64,000 nucleotides of DNA from NCBI GenBank assembly GCA_051294375.1, contig CM119266.1:6527431-6591430 (forward strand), read 5' to 3'. Shown here one piece after another: positions 1 to 10,900 of the stretch. The translations under genes and the position numbers were made by a program. The notes below the pieces were generated by a model. The model made no database searches. It was not told where the DNA came from and worked only from the letters and a program-made list of their open reading frames with translations. Within the stretch, counting starts at the first letter, position 1; the number at the start of each line of letters is the position of its first letter. This DNA is from Paraspadella gotoi (Eukaryota; Animalia; Chaetognatha).

Positions 1-3000
1 CCGGAGAGCGTGGCCTTCCTCCTCTGGACACTCTCGACCAGGCGCGGAATCGGCTGGATAACCCGTACCAGTCGCGGATCGTCGCCAACTCAACGCGGTG
101 AGGAGAATCCGCGAGGATTTGTTTTTTAATTAATCGCTCCGTCATGTCATTAATCGCTCCGTCATATCATTAATCGCTCAGTCATATCATTAATCGCTCC
201 GTCATATCATTAATAGCTCCGTCATGACATCTTTCCTTTCTCATTTCAACCTCAGTGTGGAGCCGCAAGGATCGACTCTCTGGAATGAGTCGCGGATCGA
301 TGATCTCCTCGCGCCGCCGGAGCGCGCCTTCAAGAAAGGCGCCACTTCTAATCTGCAGACGATGACTCACATTTTCAAGGGAAACGTTGGCACGGGCATC
401 CTCGCTATGCCATACGCCTTCGCCAATATCGGTAAGTGGATTCGGCCTCCAAAATAATAATCCGAAAAACAGATTATGAAATATACGTAAACTCACTCAG
501 GCTTGGTTGCTGGCTTCGTGGGCACCGTCATCATCGCCGTCATCGCTATTCACTGTACCCGTCTGCTTGTCGAGGCGTCGCACTTCCTCTGTCGCATCAC
601 GGGCAAAGAGACTCTTGACTACGGCTATTGTATCGACTACGCCTTTAAGAATGTCGAGGGTATGAATTGTTCTCTACTCTATTGAAACAGTGCGTCTAAT
701 ATGTAAAAAGTAAGTTTAAAATTTTGTAATTGACAGGGGGCGGGCCTAAGTTGCGGAAAACAGGCCGATGGATGCGAAAACTCGTCAACTTCTTCCTTCA
801 ACTGACGCAGTCGGCTTTTGTTGCGTCTACTTCGTCTTCATGGGAGAGAACCTCAATCACGTCCTCACCAATTACGTCTTTGAAAAGGGTTATGGCTTCA
901 AAGATTCCAGGGTGAGCTATGCGTCTGTATTTAATAGTTAAATCTAAATCTAAATTCAGCAATGCAGAATCAGCATTTTAAATGTTTTTCTTTTTAGGCG
1001 TGCATGGCCATGATCTTGCCGTTCGAGATGGCGTTTTGTTGCATCCGATCCGTGAAGAAATTATCTTATTTTTCGACCATCGCCAATATTATTTGTGTCA
1101 CAGGTAGTGATTACTACTAAAGGATAAACTGTAATTGAAAGCGACGCCATCCTCATTTTATTTTTCTTTCCGTCTCAGGATTGATCGTCGTGTACATTCA
1201 ATTGCTCCAAGACATTCCTGCCGTTGATTCCGTTCCCTCCATTACGACAAACGAAGTCCAAAAATGGCCAATTTTTTTCTCAATGGCCATTTATACTTTC
1301 GAGGTAAATACTGCCGAAGATTTGATTAATAAAGAGTGATTGTCATGTAAAGATTGAATGATTTATCTCGATTTCTTTATCTAAATTCTCCCGCCTGCTG
1401 CTTAGGGCATCGGGGTGATTCTCCCTCTAGAGAATAAGATGAAGAACCCCGAAGACCTTCTACCCTGGAACGGCGTCCTGAACACGGCGATGGTCGTCGT
1501 CTGTTGTCTCTTTCTCTCCATGGGATTTTTCGGTTATCTCAAGTTCGGCGCCGACGTCCAAGCGAGCATCACGCTCAACCTCCCGGCTGCCTGGTACAAC
1601 GAGGTGCGGTAAAGTCAAATATATTTTGTATAAATATTAAATTGTAACTCTCGCGGTAAAACGGTAAAACAAAATGAGGCACAAATCTTGAATAAGGCAC
1701 GTACTATATAGTAAACATAATAGTAAAAATAACCAAATAAATGGCTATGAAAGAGTTCATGAGTTCGTGAATCAATGGTGAACAGGGGCCGACGATCCTG
1801 AAGGAGAGAAGGCATGAGCGTAACCGTAACAAAATCTGTTTCATTTATTATATTTACAATATAATGTTCGTGTTGTTTTCTGGAAATAGAGGTACTTTCT
1901 GCTCTAGGTTTTTAATTAGATATTACTAATAAACATTTTTTTAAATATTATATTTTTTTCCTAGTCTGATCTTTGTCATAATCAAATAATTATTTTCCCA
2001 AAAGATGGTCCGTCTCTTTTTCTCGCTCGCCATGTTTTTCACTTTCGCCCTCATGCTCTACGTGCCGGTAGAGATCATCTGGCCCATCATCCGAAAGCGG
2101 ATTCCTCAAGACAAGTGGAAGAAGCCTTTGGAAAGGGTCTTCAGATGTTTCCTCGTTCTCTGCACCTTCGCTCTTGCCATCGCCATTCCTCACTTGGGTA
2201 AGGGGAGGGTGAGTGAAGGTGGTGGGGGGGAAACCTTTTCATTGCAAAATCCTTTCGACGTGTAGGTCTCTTCATCTCTTTGATCGGAGCGTTGGCGTCG
2301 AGCAGCTTGGCACTGCTCTTCCCTGTGGTCATCGACACGCTGGTGAGATGGAAATCGCGACTCGGACGCTTCTACTGGATTCTGTGGAAGAACATCTTTA
2401 TCTTCATCGTCGGTTTGGCAGGTGAGCGATCGGGTTCATTTGTGGTTATTGTCTCTTCTCGATATCATTGCAGAGGAATCGTACCTAAAAGTCGGAATCG
2501 GATCAGCGACGCGAGAATAAATTGCAAGAGACTCTTTGGCACCGGCCAATGGTCAGCCGTGCTTTTGAAATATTTTAACGTGTTTTCAAATCTTAATCTT
2601 TGTTTTATAAGCCGATTTATATTGAGTAATGTGGAGGACGGTCGACGACGACTATGGTCGACGATTCGACCGACCTTTTCGTCCCCGTTGGGTCACTTGA
2701 TATGACCGACGTTTCTCTCTCTTTCTCTCTCTTTCTGACTCATGCTCTCCTCCTTATAAGTTGACACCGTTGGACGATATTCTCTCTCTAATAAACCTTT
2801 CATTGTTATGTACTATTCTCACATTTTACATTGTAATAAATGTATATTATGTTAAACATTGTCTCCTTTTCAAACGTCGCCATAGTAATATATTTTTTTT
2901 GAGAGAGAAGAGCAACAATACTGAAATCTTGAAGCGACTGTGCATTTTTAAACACGTTGCATTTTTCTGACACAGGATTCACGTTCGGAACGATTCAGTC

Positions 3001-3115
3001 CGTGAGAGAAATCATCGCCGTCAGCGCCGCCAATTCGACGGAAGCGGTTCCGACGTTAGCGCCGCAGCCGGCGCCGCCTGCGAACACGACCCTTCATTTT
3101 CTCGGCGTCAACTGA
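1..3115 (+). CDS. Proton-coupled amino acid transporter (SLC36/PAT, Aa_trans family), multi-exon, 5'-truncated by the window edge
   Basis: Approximate exons: <1-97, 256-431, 501-659, 736-912, 998-1104, 1180-1303, 1406-1603, 2005-2197, 2267-2421, 2976-3115 (TGA). All introns are GT-AG. Family motifs: [92 protein letters not shown]. Confidence 0.9.
131..230. repeat. Intronic minisatellite, 5 x 20 bp (TAATCGCTCCGTCATATCAT)
   Basis: Five head-to-tail units at 131, 151, 171, 191 and 211, each with 0-2 substitutions and no spacers. Confidence 0.9.
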
Positions 3116-3469
3116 ACGCTCAAACTTGTCATCTGCACAAAGAACAATCGAAAAGCTTCTCTTTTTTCTAGTTAGATTTAAAAAGTTTATAAAACTTTGA
3201 AATTTTACAGATTTTTTTTTATCTCGCCAGACGGGCTAAAGCCCGACTTGGGCGAGTTTAAGGATAGTTTCTGCTTCTTTGTGACCGTAGTTGTCATTGT
3301 CGTTGTTCTATTTTTTTCTCTTTTAATTATATTTCTCTTTTAATTATATGTCGCTCTTTTTTTTTAATCGCTGCTTTTTCTGATTCTGTTGCGGCTGTCC
3401 AGCTTTTCTAATTTTTTTTTTCTCTTCTCTCTCTTTCACTACTGCACAAATGTTTTATTTACAATAAAT

Positions 3470-3835
3470 CACTCATCGCATTAATGAATAATTCTCATCG
3501 CATCAATCATTTGGTTATCATCGCATCAATTATTGGTTATCATTATATTAATATTTTGTTATCAAATCAATATTTAGTTATCGCATTAATATTTAGTTAT
3601 CGTATTAATATTTGGTTATCATCACGTCAATAAACTACGATTATATCAATCAATCAATTATTATTATATCAATCGATTAATTTATTATTTTATCAATCAA
3701 TCAATTAGTATTACATTATTAATCAATTACTATTATATTAATTTATCAATTATTATTATATAAATCAATCAATTAATATTACATTAATCAATAAATAATT
3801 ATTACATCAATAATTTGTTATCGCATCAATCATTT
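3470..3835. repeat. Degenerate AT-rich tandem/low-complexity tract
   Basis: Recurring TTATCATCGCATCAAT and ATCAATCAATTA words throughout the tract. Confidence 0.55.
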
Positions 3836-4084
3836 TTTTTCAAGATTTTTGTAATAATTTTTTTTGATAGTAACATCTGGCGAGATCATTATACTTTGGA
3901 GATTTTTTGTAGTCATAGTATTTTGTTTTAATCGTATCGTATTCTCAGGAACAAGGAGAATTTATATATTCTTATTAAATATTTTATATAATATTTATTT
4001 CTTTTTAAGATATACTCGGACAAAATGTCAATTTCCCTGAGGTTTATGAGATGAAATATTCAAAACGGTCCTCCGTTTTTTTTT

Positions 4085-4520
4085 CTTCTATAATTCACGT
4101 TGTCGGTCCGTCGGTCCGCCCCCTCAATCTTGTCGGGCATTCGCATATATCATGTCAGAATATTGAATAATATAAATTATGCAAGAAAAACGATGTCCAT
4201 CTGTCTGTCTGTCTGTCCCACCTTAGCAAAAAACTCCAATTACTCGTGATTGGATAGATGGATTGGAATGAAATTTTGTGTGTGGGTACTGGGTAGGGAA
4301 GTGTGTGATTGAGCTAGATATGAAGTTTCGATGGATTCGTGCGAGTGGAAAAGAGTTTAAATGGAAAAAATATATTTCACTATTTGAACGCCAATTACTC
4401 ATGAGTGGATGGGACGATTGACTTGAAATCTTGTATGTGGGTAGGAAAGTGTGTGATTAAGCTGGAAATCAAGTTTCGATGGAATCGTTTGAGTGGAAAT
4501 TAGTTTAAAAGGAAAAAACA
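4085..4520 (+). mobile_element. Non-autonomous interspersed repeat, DINE-1/Helentron-like, with internal duplication
   Basis: (GTCT)n/GTCCGTC microsatellite followed by CCCACCTTAGCAAAAAACTCCAATTACTC..GATTGGAATGAAATTTTGTGTGTGG..TTTCGATGGA..GCGAGTGGAAA. The core occurs twice here and again at about 4858 and 9055. The family label is an inference from the microsatellite-plus-core layout. Confidence 0.55.
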
Positions 4521-4857
4521 AAAAAACCTGTTTCACTCATTGATTATGCTTCTTTTTATTTTTATATTAAATGTAAATACAAGATGTAAAAATTAATCAA
4601 ATAATTAATCAGTTAATTAAACAATTAATTAATTATTTAATCAATCAAGTCAATCGTTATCGGCATTATTGTCGTCGTCGCTTTCATCGTTGTTGTTGCT
4701 TTTGTCGTGGTAAGTGACGAAAAGATCTAAAAACAAACATTTTGCATAAAATTAATTATTTTAATAATTAATTACCGCTAATGATCGTGCGAGTGGAAAT
4801 GAGTTTATTTACTTAAAGCATTTTTACTTATATTTACTCAAAATTATTATATTGATT

Positions 4858-4968
4858 AAAAATTGGATAGATAAATTGAAATGAAATTTTGTGTGTGGGT
4901 AGGAAACTATGAGATTAAGCTGGATATAAGTTTTTGATGGAATCGTAGGAGTGGAAAAGAGTTTAAAA
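4858..4968 (+). mobile_element. Partial copy of the same DINE-like repeat
   Basis: TTGGATAGATAAATTGAAATGAAATTTTGTGTGTGGGTAGGAAA..AAGCTGGATATAAGTTTTTGATGGAATCGTAGGAGTGGAAAAGAGTTTAAA matches 4250-4360. Confidence 0.6.
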
Positions 4969-5039
4969 CAGAAAACCAAAATACATATTTATGTCAATTT
5001 TGAAAAGTTTCTCTCTATCTCTCTCTGAGTGATTGATTG

Positions 5040-5128
5040 ATTGACCAAATTATGCCGGTTGACCAAATTACGACAATTTACCAAATTATGCAAGTTAAAT
5101 TATGAAAGTTGACCAAATTATGCAAGTT
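5040..5128. repeat. Short imperfect tandem repeat (about 19 bp, TTGACCAAATTATGCAAG)
   Basis: About five consecutive ACCAAATTATG/AAATTATG-containing units. Confidence 0.7.
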
Positions 5129-5849
5129 AGTATTGGCACAGCTACTGGTAATGATTGATAGATCAATTGATTTATATATTTTTTCATAGATTTATTAGAA
5201 GTCTGTTAAGATTTGTTATAATCACAAATTGAGTGTCAGAAAAATTGCCATGATTTATCGTCGGATTACCTTATTACCGCTTAATTATCGTAGGCAGATC
5301 CGACATTGTTTGCTCAAACTTGTTAACACAATTAATGGATTTGCACGTTGTTATATAGATAATTGCCTGCTGGCAGGTTTGGTACACGGTACTTTTATAT
5401 TTATCTGTTGAAATTACAAGCCATACCCCAAACAACTCCGATCGAATTCTGGTCACACTACACTCGAAAGTCGAGTTATGTTATCCAAGCCCTATTTATA
5501 GATCGTTAGATAAAAAGTTTCTTTATCATTATTTGTATGTTTTTGTTAAAATTACTTGGACTACTCTGTCCGATCTCTCTTTTTTTCAGTTCTTTCTTTC
5601 CATTGTATCCAGCACAAAACTTTCGTTTTCATTCTAGACAACTGTCGCGTTCCCTATCATCTGAGATGAGTCTCTTCTCCACCAAACCTCAATAAAACGA
5701 CTCGAGTTTCATTTTCCATAAATAACTTTTCCTCTCACTTTTCTTTTCTTTCGGTGTCTACCGTCTTTTCCCGCTCCTTTCAACTTTCGTTCTCCAACAC
5801 GCCATCTATTTTCTCTTCTCAAACATTTCTCGTTGCTAGCGCCGTCGCC

Positions 5850-7002
5850 ATGACGACGCGTTCGCCGAAAAAGCGTCCGCCGTCGCCAGAGAACTCTCCC
5901 TCGGACAAGGTAACGAAGAAATGATAAGGTTTAACCCGTCGGTGGAGAGTGAGGTTAGTGCCGACGAAGATCGGAAGGGAGAAAAGGTAGGGAAAGATTT
6001 GTAGCTTTTAGAATCGAGATATGAAATGAAGCAAAGAAGACGAGAAACGCAGACAAACGCGAGGTTTGCCTCGTCAGCGACGCCGATCGGAGACCCGGAT
6101 GTTTCCGACGCGAGTGGTCCACATCCGCAACATCGCGTCAAACGCGGACGAAGTGGACGTCATTCAGTTGGGGCTTCCCTTCGGTCGGGTCTCCAACATC
6201 CTGATGCTCAAACAGAAAAATCAGGCGAGAAAAATCCAGGCGGGATCGATGGATGATGCTGATGATCGATAAAAAGCTCATGAGTAACAAATGAACGTCG
6301 GCTGAGCCTATCGTTTTGTTTTCTTTCGCGTTTGAATATGTTATTCATTAAACTTTACCGTTGAAATAAGATATTGTAAAATGGTTCTCACCTTAGGCTT
6401 TCCTTGAGTTTGAAAAATTCTCTTCGGCCGAAACGATGGTCAACTACTTCCTCGAAACAGAGCAGCCCGTCATCGGCGGACGAACCGTTTTCGTTCAGGT
6501 TCGAAACCGTTTTCGTCGCGCGGTTGTTGTTGTTGTTAACTTATCATTGTTGAATTTTTTCTTTGAGGTTTCAACTGCTTTTCGTATCTTCCCTTTTTTT
6601 TTGTGCCCCTCCAACGGCAACTCTATTTTCACTCTTTATTCCCCCCCACCCAGTTTTCCGAGCACAAAGAATTGAGAACCGACGCGTCTCATTCCAACTC
6701 CTCCGCCAAAACACAGGCCGCGTTGAAGGCGGCCACTTCCCTCTTGGATCGCGGCGTCAGCGGAGGAAACGGTGTGGGGGGGGGGAGATCCCTGACCTTT
6801 AATTTCTCTGTCCCTGTAAAATAATCGCGTTCGCCCAAAACAGAGACTGGGAAGGAACCCGCGGGAAACGTGTTGCACGTCTTCGTCGACAACCAGATTT
6901 ATCCGGTTTCCCTCTCGGTCATCATCACCATCTTCGGCGCCTACGGGACGATAGTCAAAATACTCACGTTCGACAGAAACCGAAAATTGCAGGTTGTGAA
7001 TG

Positions 7003-7036
<34 letters not shown>

Positions 7037-9857
7037 ACAGTTAATGTATGACGAATATGCAATCGACGCCTTTCTCCAAAAAGGCTTTGATCGAGTACGA
7101 TTCGGCGCCGACGGCCTCTCGCGTTCGCCGTCTCCTCGACGGTAACAATATCTACAACGGCTGCTGCACGCTGCGGATTCTCGCTTCGCCGCTGCGACGC
7201 GTCGTCGTCACGCGGAACAACGACTTCGGGTGAGTCGTTGAGACGATGGAGTCAGGAACGGTTTAAATATGACAACAATCGTCGCACTGATGATAACAAA
7301 TTTAAGTTAAGAAAAAAAACCTCAGTCGACTTTCTCAATCGTCCATGTTAGGTGGGACTTCACCAATCCTAATCTGCCTTCCGGTGATGGTGCTATTCAT
7401 CCGCGGATGTTATTGGAATTCGGCGGTGCGGATTCGCCCGAGCGAGACGGTGAGGATGTAATGAGTTCTTTTGAAAGGGGGGAATAACTCGGAAGCATTA
7501 GGCAAAGTTAGGAAAAAGGATATCTTTTCGATTCGTTGATGATTCTGTAAGGGGGTGCTGGTTATCACGGCATAATTTTACTTTCGCCGACCCGGGTTAT
7601 TGGTAGTTTAGGGTTAGGGGTAGTTAGGGTTAGTAGGGTTTTTTTTTTTTTTTTCAATTAACTATTTTTATGTGGTTTTTCAAAAGACGCCAAAACCCTG
7701 CTCGGCGAAAGTAAAATTTTACATCCTACGATTCATCGTGTTTTATCGTCGACGATAATAAAATCCTAACAAAAAATTCTCACTATCCAATCCATAACCG
7801 AATCAAAAAAAGCTCGTCTTTTATCGCCGTCGATTTCTCCGCCTAAGTCCAACGTTCGCTCCTCTCCGAACATCTTCGGCGCCGTCCCACGACGCGCCCT
7901 CTCTCGCCCCGTCGCCCGACGGCCCGATCGCCAGATTTATCGTCCGCCCGTCGGAAAATTCGGCGTCGAAGGTTCCGCGACCGACTCGCCGGATCTCGAC
8001 GCGGCCGCCGGATTTATCGGCGACCTTCTGCTCGGCCTTCTCGACGGTGTCCGCTAAGAGAGAAGCTAAAGATGGCGTTCAATTATTTCGATGCTTTTTA
8101 TAAACTATAACCGATAAAAAAAACCCTGGCGTGTTCAGTTTCGCCGTCGTCGGGTGACGAAGCGGAACGGACGGTAGATCCTCGAAAGAGGCAACGTCAG
8201 AGCGGGGGACCGAGGAGGGAACGGGGAGGGGAGAAAAGTGAAAGAGGTCGCGAACAGAGAAGAGGTTCGTCAATTTATAAGGAGATAGTTCATTTTTTAC
8301 TTTTCTCACGGTTTTGTTAGTTCTGTTCGTTTATTTCCGGTTGCCATCGTCGATATCTTATATATATTATATATTATTATCCCCTACCCATTCCCTTCAA
8401 CACTAATCCCTCTCTCCTATCTTCACCCCCCCACCCCTCATTTTCTCCCCCTATCATTTCCTCTCCTTCCCAAAAGGCGGCGCTGGTTCCGTTCTTCTCG
8501 TCTCCAATCTTCCGGCGTCGGGAGTGACGCCGGACAATCTCTTCACACTCTTCGGCGTCTACGGCGACGTCAACCGCGTCAAGATTCTCTTCAACAAAAA
8601 GGACGCCGCTTTGGTACAGATGGCCGACGCCGCCATGGCCGATCTCGCCCGGCGTCATCTCCATCGCCTCGTCGTTTGGGGTCAAACGCTGAGCGTGAAG
8701 ACGTCGAAGCACGCCTCCATCGCCTCGCCGAAAGGTTCGGACGACGGAAGTCGATCGATAGATCGATCGATGGATGATGATGATGACTTTAATCATTTTC
8801 AGACGACAGAGGCTCTGACGAAGAATTGACAAAGGATTATTTCAACTCGCCCTTGCACCGTTACAAGAAGGCGGGATCCAAGAATTGCGCCAACATCTTC
8901 CCCCCGAGCGCCTCGTTGCATCTCTCCAACATCGCAGCCGGCGTCACCGAGGATCAGCTCGTCGACGCCTTCGCTCACCACGGAAGGTTAGGGCGGGAGA
9001 AGGCGGCTTTTCTCTTTTTCTTTCTTCAGCCTATTTTTTAATCGGATCTGCGAGTTAGCAGATTCCGACTCTATAATCCACTTTGTCCGTCCGTCTGTCT
9101 GTCTGTCCCACCTTAACAAAAAACTCCAATTACTCATGATTGGATGGATAGATTGGAATGAAGTTTTGTATGTGGTTAGGAAAGTGTGTAATTGAGCTGG
9201 ATATGAATTTTCGATGGAATCGTGCGAGTGGAAATGAGTTTAAAGCTGACTTTATTTTTTATTATTTATGCTTATTCATAAATATTTTAATTAATTAATT
9301 AATTGAAAAAAAGATGCCAGTTGAAAAAATGGTGCGAGTTGAAAAAATAATAATAGTTCAATTATTTGTACTTTATTTGTAATTATTTCTACCATAGTAG
9401 CAGTTCAAAGGATTTATATGTATTGGCGCAGCCATTGGTTATGTATGGTACGATCTGTTATGATCAGTTAGGTTCACAAATTGAAAGAATTAGCGGGATG
9501 TATCATTTGATTAACTGATTAACTAATCGTAGGCTGATCCGACATTGTTTGCTCAAACTTGTTCTTTTTTTATTTCTACATCTTTTCTTTTAATTTCTTC
9601 TCCCCATCGCAGCGTCGTTTCTTTCAAATTCTTCAACCTGACGCAAAAGATGGGGATCCTGGAGATGGCGTCGACGCAAGAGGCTGTCGACGCCCTCGTC
9701 CACCTACACAATCGCCGCTTCAAGGATCAACACTTGAGGTTGTAGATCGATCGATCTTTGGGTCTATTGATTTCCTCGCTCTCACTTCCTCTTTCCATTT
9801 CATTATGATTCCAGGGTCTCCTTCGCCAAATCTCCAGTCGCCTCCTCAAAAATTTGA
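5850..9857 (+). CDS. PTBP: Polypyrimidine tract-binding protein, 4 RRMs
   Basis: Approximate exons: 5850-5909, 6078-6224, 6397-6498, 6654-6770, 6845-6992, 7084-7229, 7351-7449, about 7813-8047, about 8479-8735, about 8802-8986, about 9612-9739, about 9816-9857. RRM1 [31 protein letters not shown]; RRM2 [16 protein letters not shown]; RRM3 [35 protein letters not shown]; linker [19 protein letters not shown]; RRM4 [21 protein letters not shown]. The RRM2-RRM3 linker exons are the least certain. Confidence 0.93.
7574..7718. mobile_element. Short TIR (MITE-like) element with internal telomere-like TTAGGG variants, copy A
   Basis: Perfect 17-bp TIR AATTTTACTTTCGCCGA at 7574-7590 and 7702-7718. 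Interior TTTAGGGTTAGGGGTAGTTAGGGTTAGTAGGG. Lies in a PTBP intron. Confidence 0.75.
9055..9243 (+). mobile_element. DINE/Helentron-like repeat copy in a PTBP intron
   Basis: GCAGATTCCGACTCTATAATCCACTTTGTCCGTCCGTCTGTCTGTCTGTCCCACCTTAACAAAAAACTCCAATTACTC.. is highly similar to 4200-4360. Confidence 0.65.
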
Positions 9858-10900
9858 ACGCCTTTGGTTCTTTTATCTTTTCTGACATGTTCCTCCTGAA
9901 TTTTTTTAAAATCCGTCTCGGTCTCCCCATTTCTCTGTCATTGCCATTTTTTTTTTGCATATCATTTTTCGTTTGTTAGAGTAATAATAATTATAATTGA
10001 AAAGAGATTTACTATTAGTTAAGTATTACGCAGAGCTATTATCTTCTAAATTATTACAATTTTTACATTGACGGTTCGTACCATATCAAATTTTATAAAT
10101 ATTGATGATTATATTTTTTATCAGAAGAATAATTTATTAATCTATGATAGTTATGGACAGCGATTAATTCCAGATATGAATGGCATAACGCCAGTACATA
10201 ATACTACATATATGTCGCTCTCTTTTGATCCTTTTGTTATTGTGTTTTTCAAAATTAAAAATCGTTTCATAAATTTTACAAAATGATTCGTTAGTAATTT
10301 ATATTGTATTATGCACTCTTCTGCTTGTAGACGATAGTAAAATAATTTAAACAAGTTCATGTTTACTCTGTTTACGTATTACTTCATAATACTAAGTTAG
10401 TTACCAAAACAGTTCTTAATAACTTCATCGTTTGCCTTGGAGCGAGCATCTCTCTCTCTTTTTCTCATATGACATATCATATCTCCTTCGTGTCAAGTTT
10501 TGATGAGTGATGACACGCGAAAAAGACTTTTCCAATGAGGCATCGTCATCTCCCTAAGATTCCCAGCGAATCATCGCCTTTCATTCCCCTTCCCTAGCCA
10601 ATCAACGCGCCCCTCCTTTTTCTTCTTTCCGTTTCCTCTTTCCGTTTCCAAGGGGCCTATGAGATCTTCATCCCGCCGACGGGAATGACAACCGTCTCCT
10701 CCGGGGATCCTGGCGAAGAGAAGACGTTGACGACCATCTCCTTGTCTCCGCCGAATATCATCCTGGATTTTTACGAAGTTTCGCTTTTCAAATTCGAAAA
10801 ATGACACCGTAAAAAAATCCAAAACAAAGTTTTAAAAACCGATGGAGAAAAAAGAAATCCCTTGGAAGTTGAATACCCGTGACGGATTTTTAAAACTCTG

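Noticed and set aside
131-230. Regular 20-bp repeats resembling a CRISPR array
   Set aside because: Units are head-to-tail with no unique spacers, lie in a spliceosomal intron, and there are no cas genes.
7600-7640. True telomere or chromosome-fusion site
   Set aside because: Only a few degenerate units, enclosed by TIRs and repeated in other copies of the same small element.
8479-8570. Equivalent of the vertebrate 34-nt PTBP1 exon 11 NMD switch
   Set aside because: The corresponding RRM3 N-terminal sequence is uninterrupted within one exon here.
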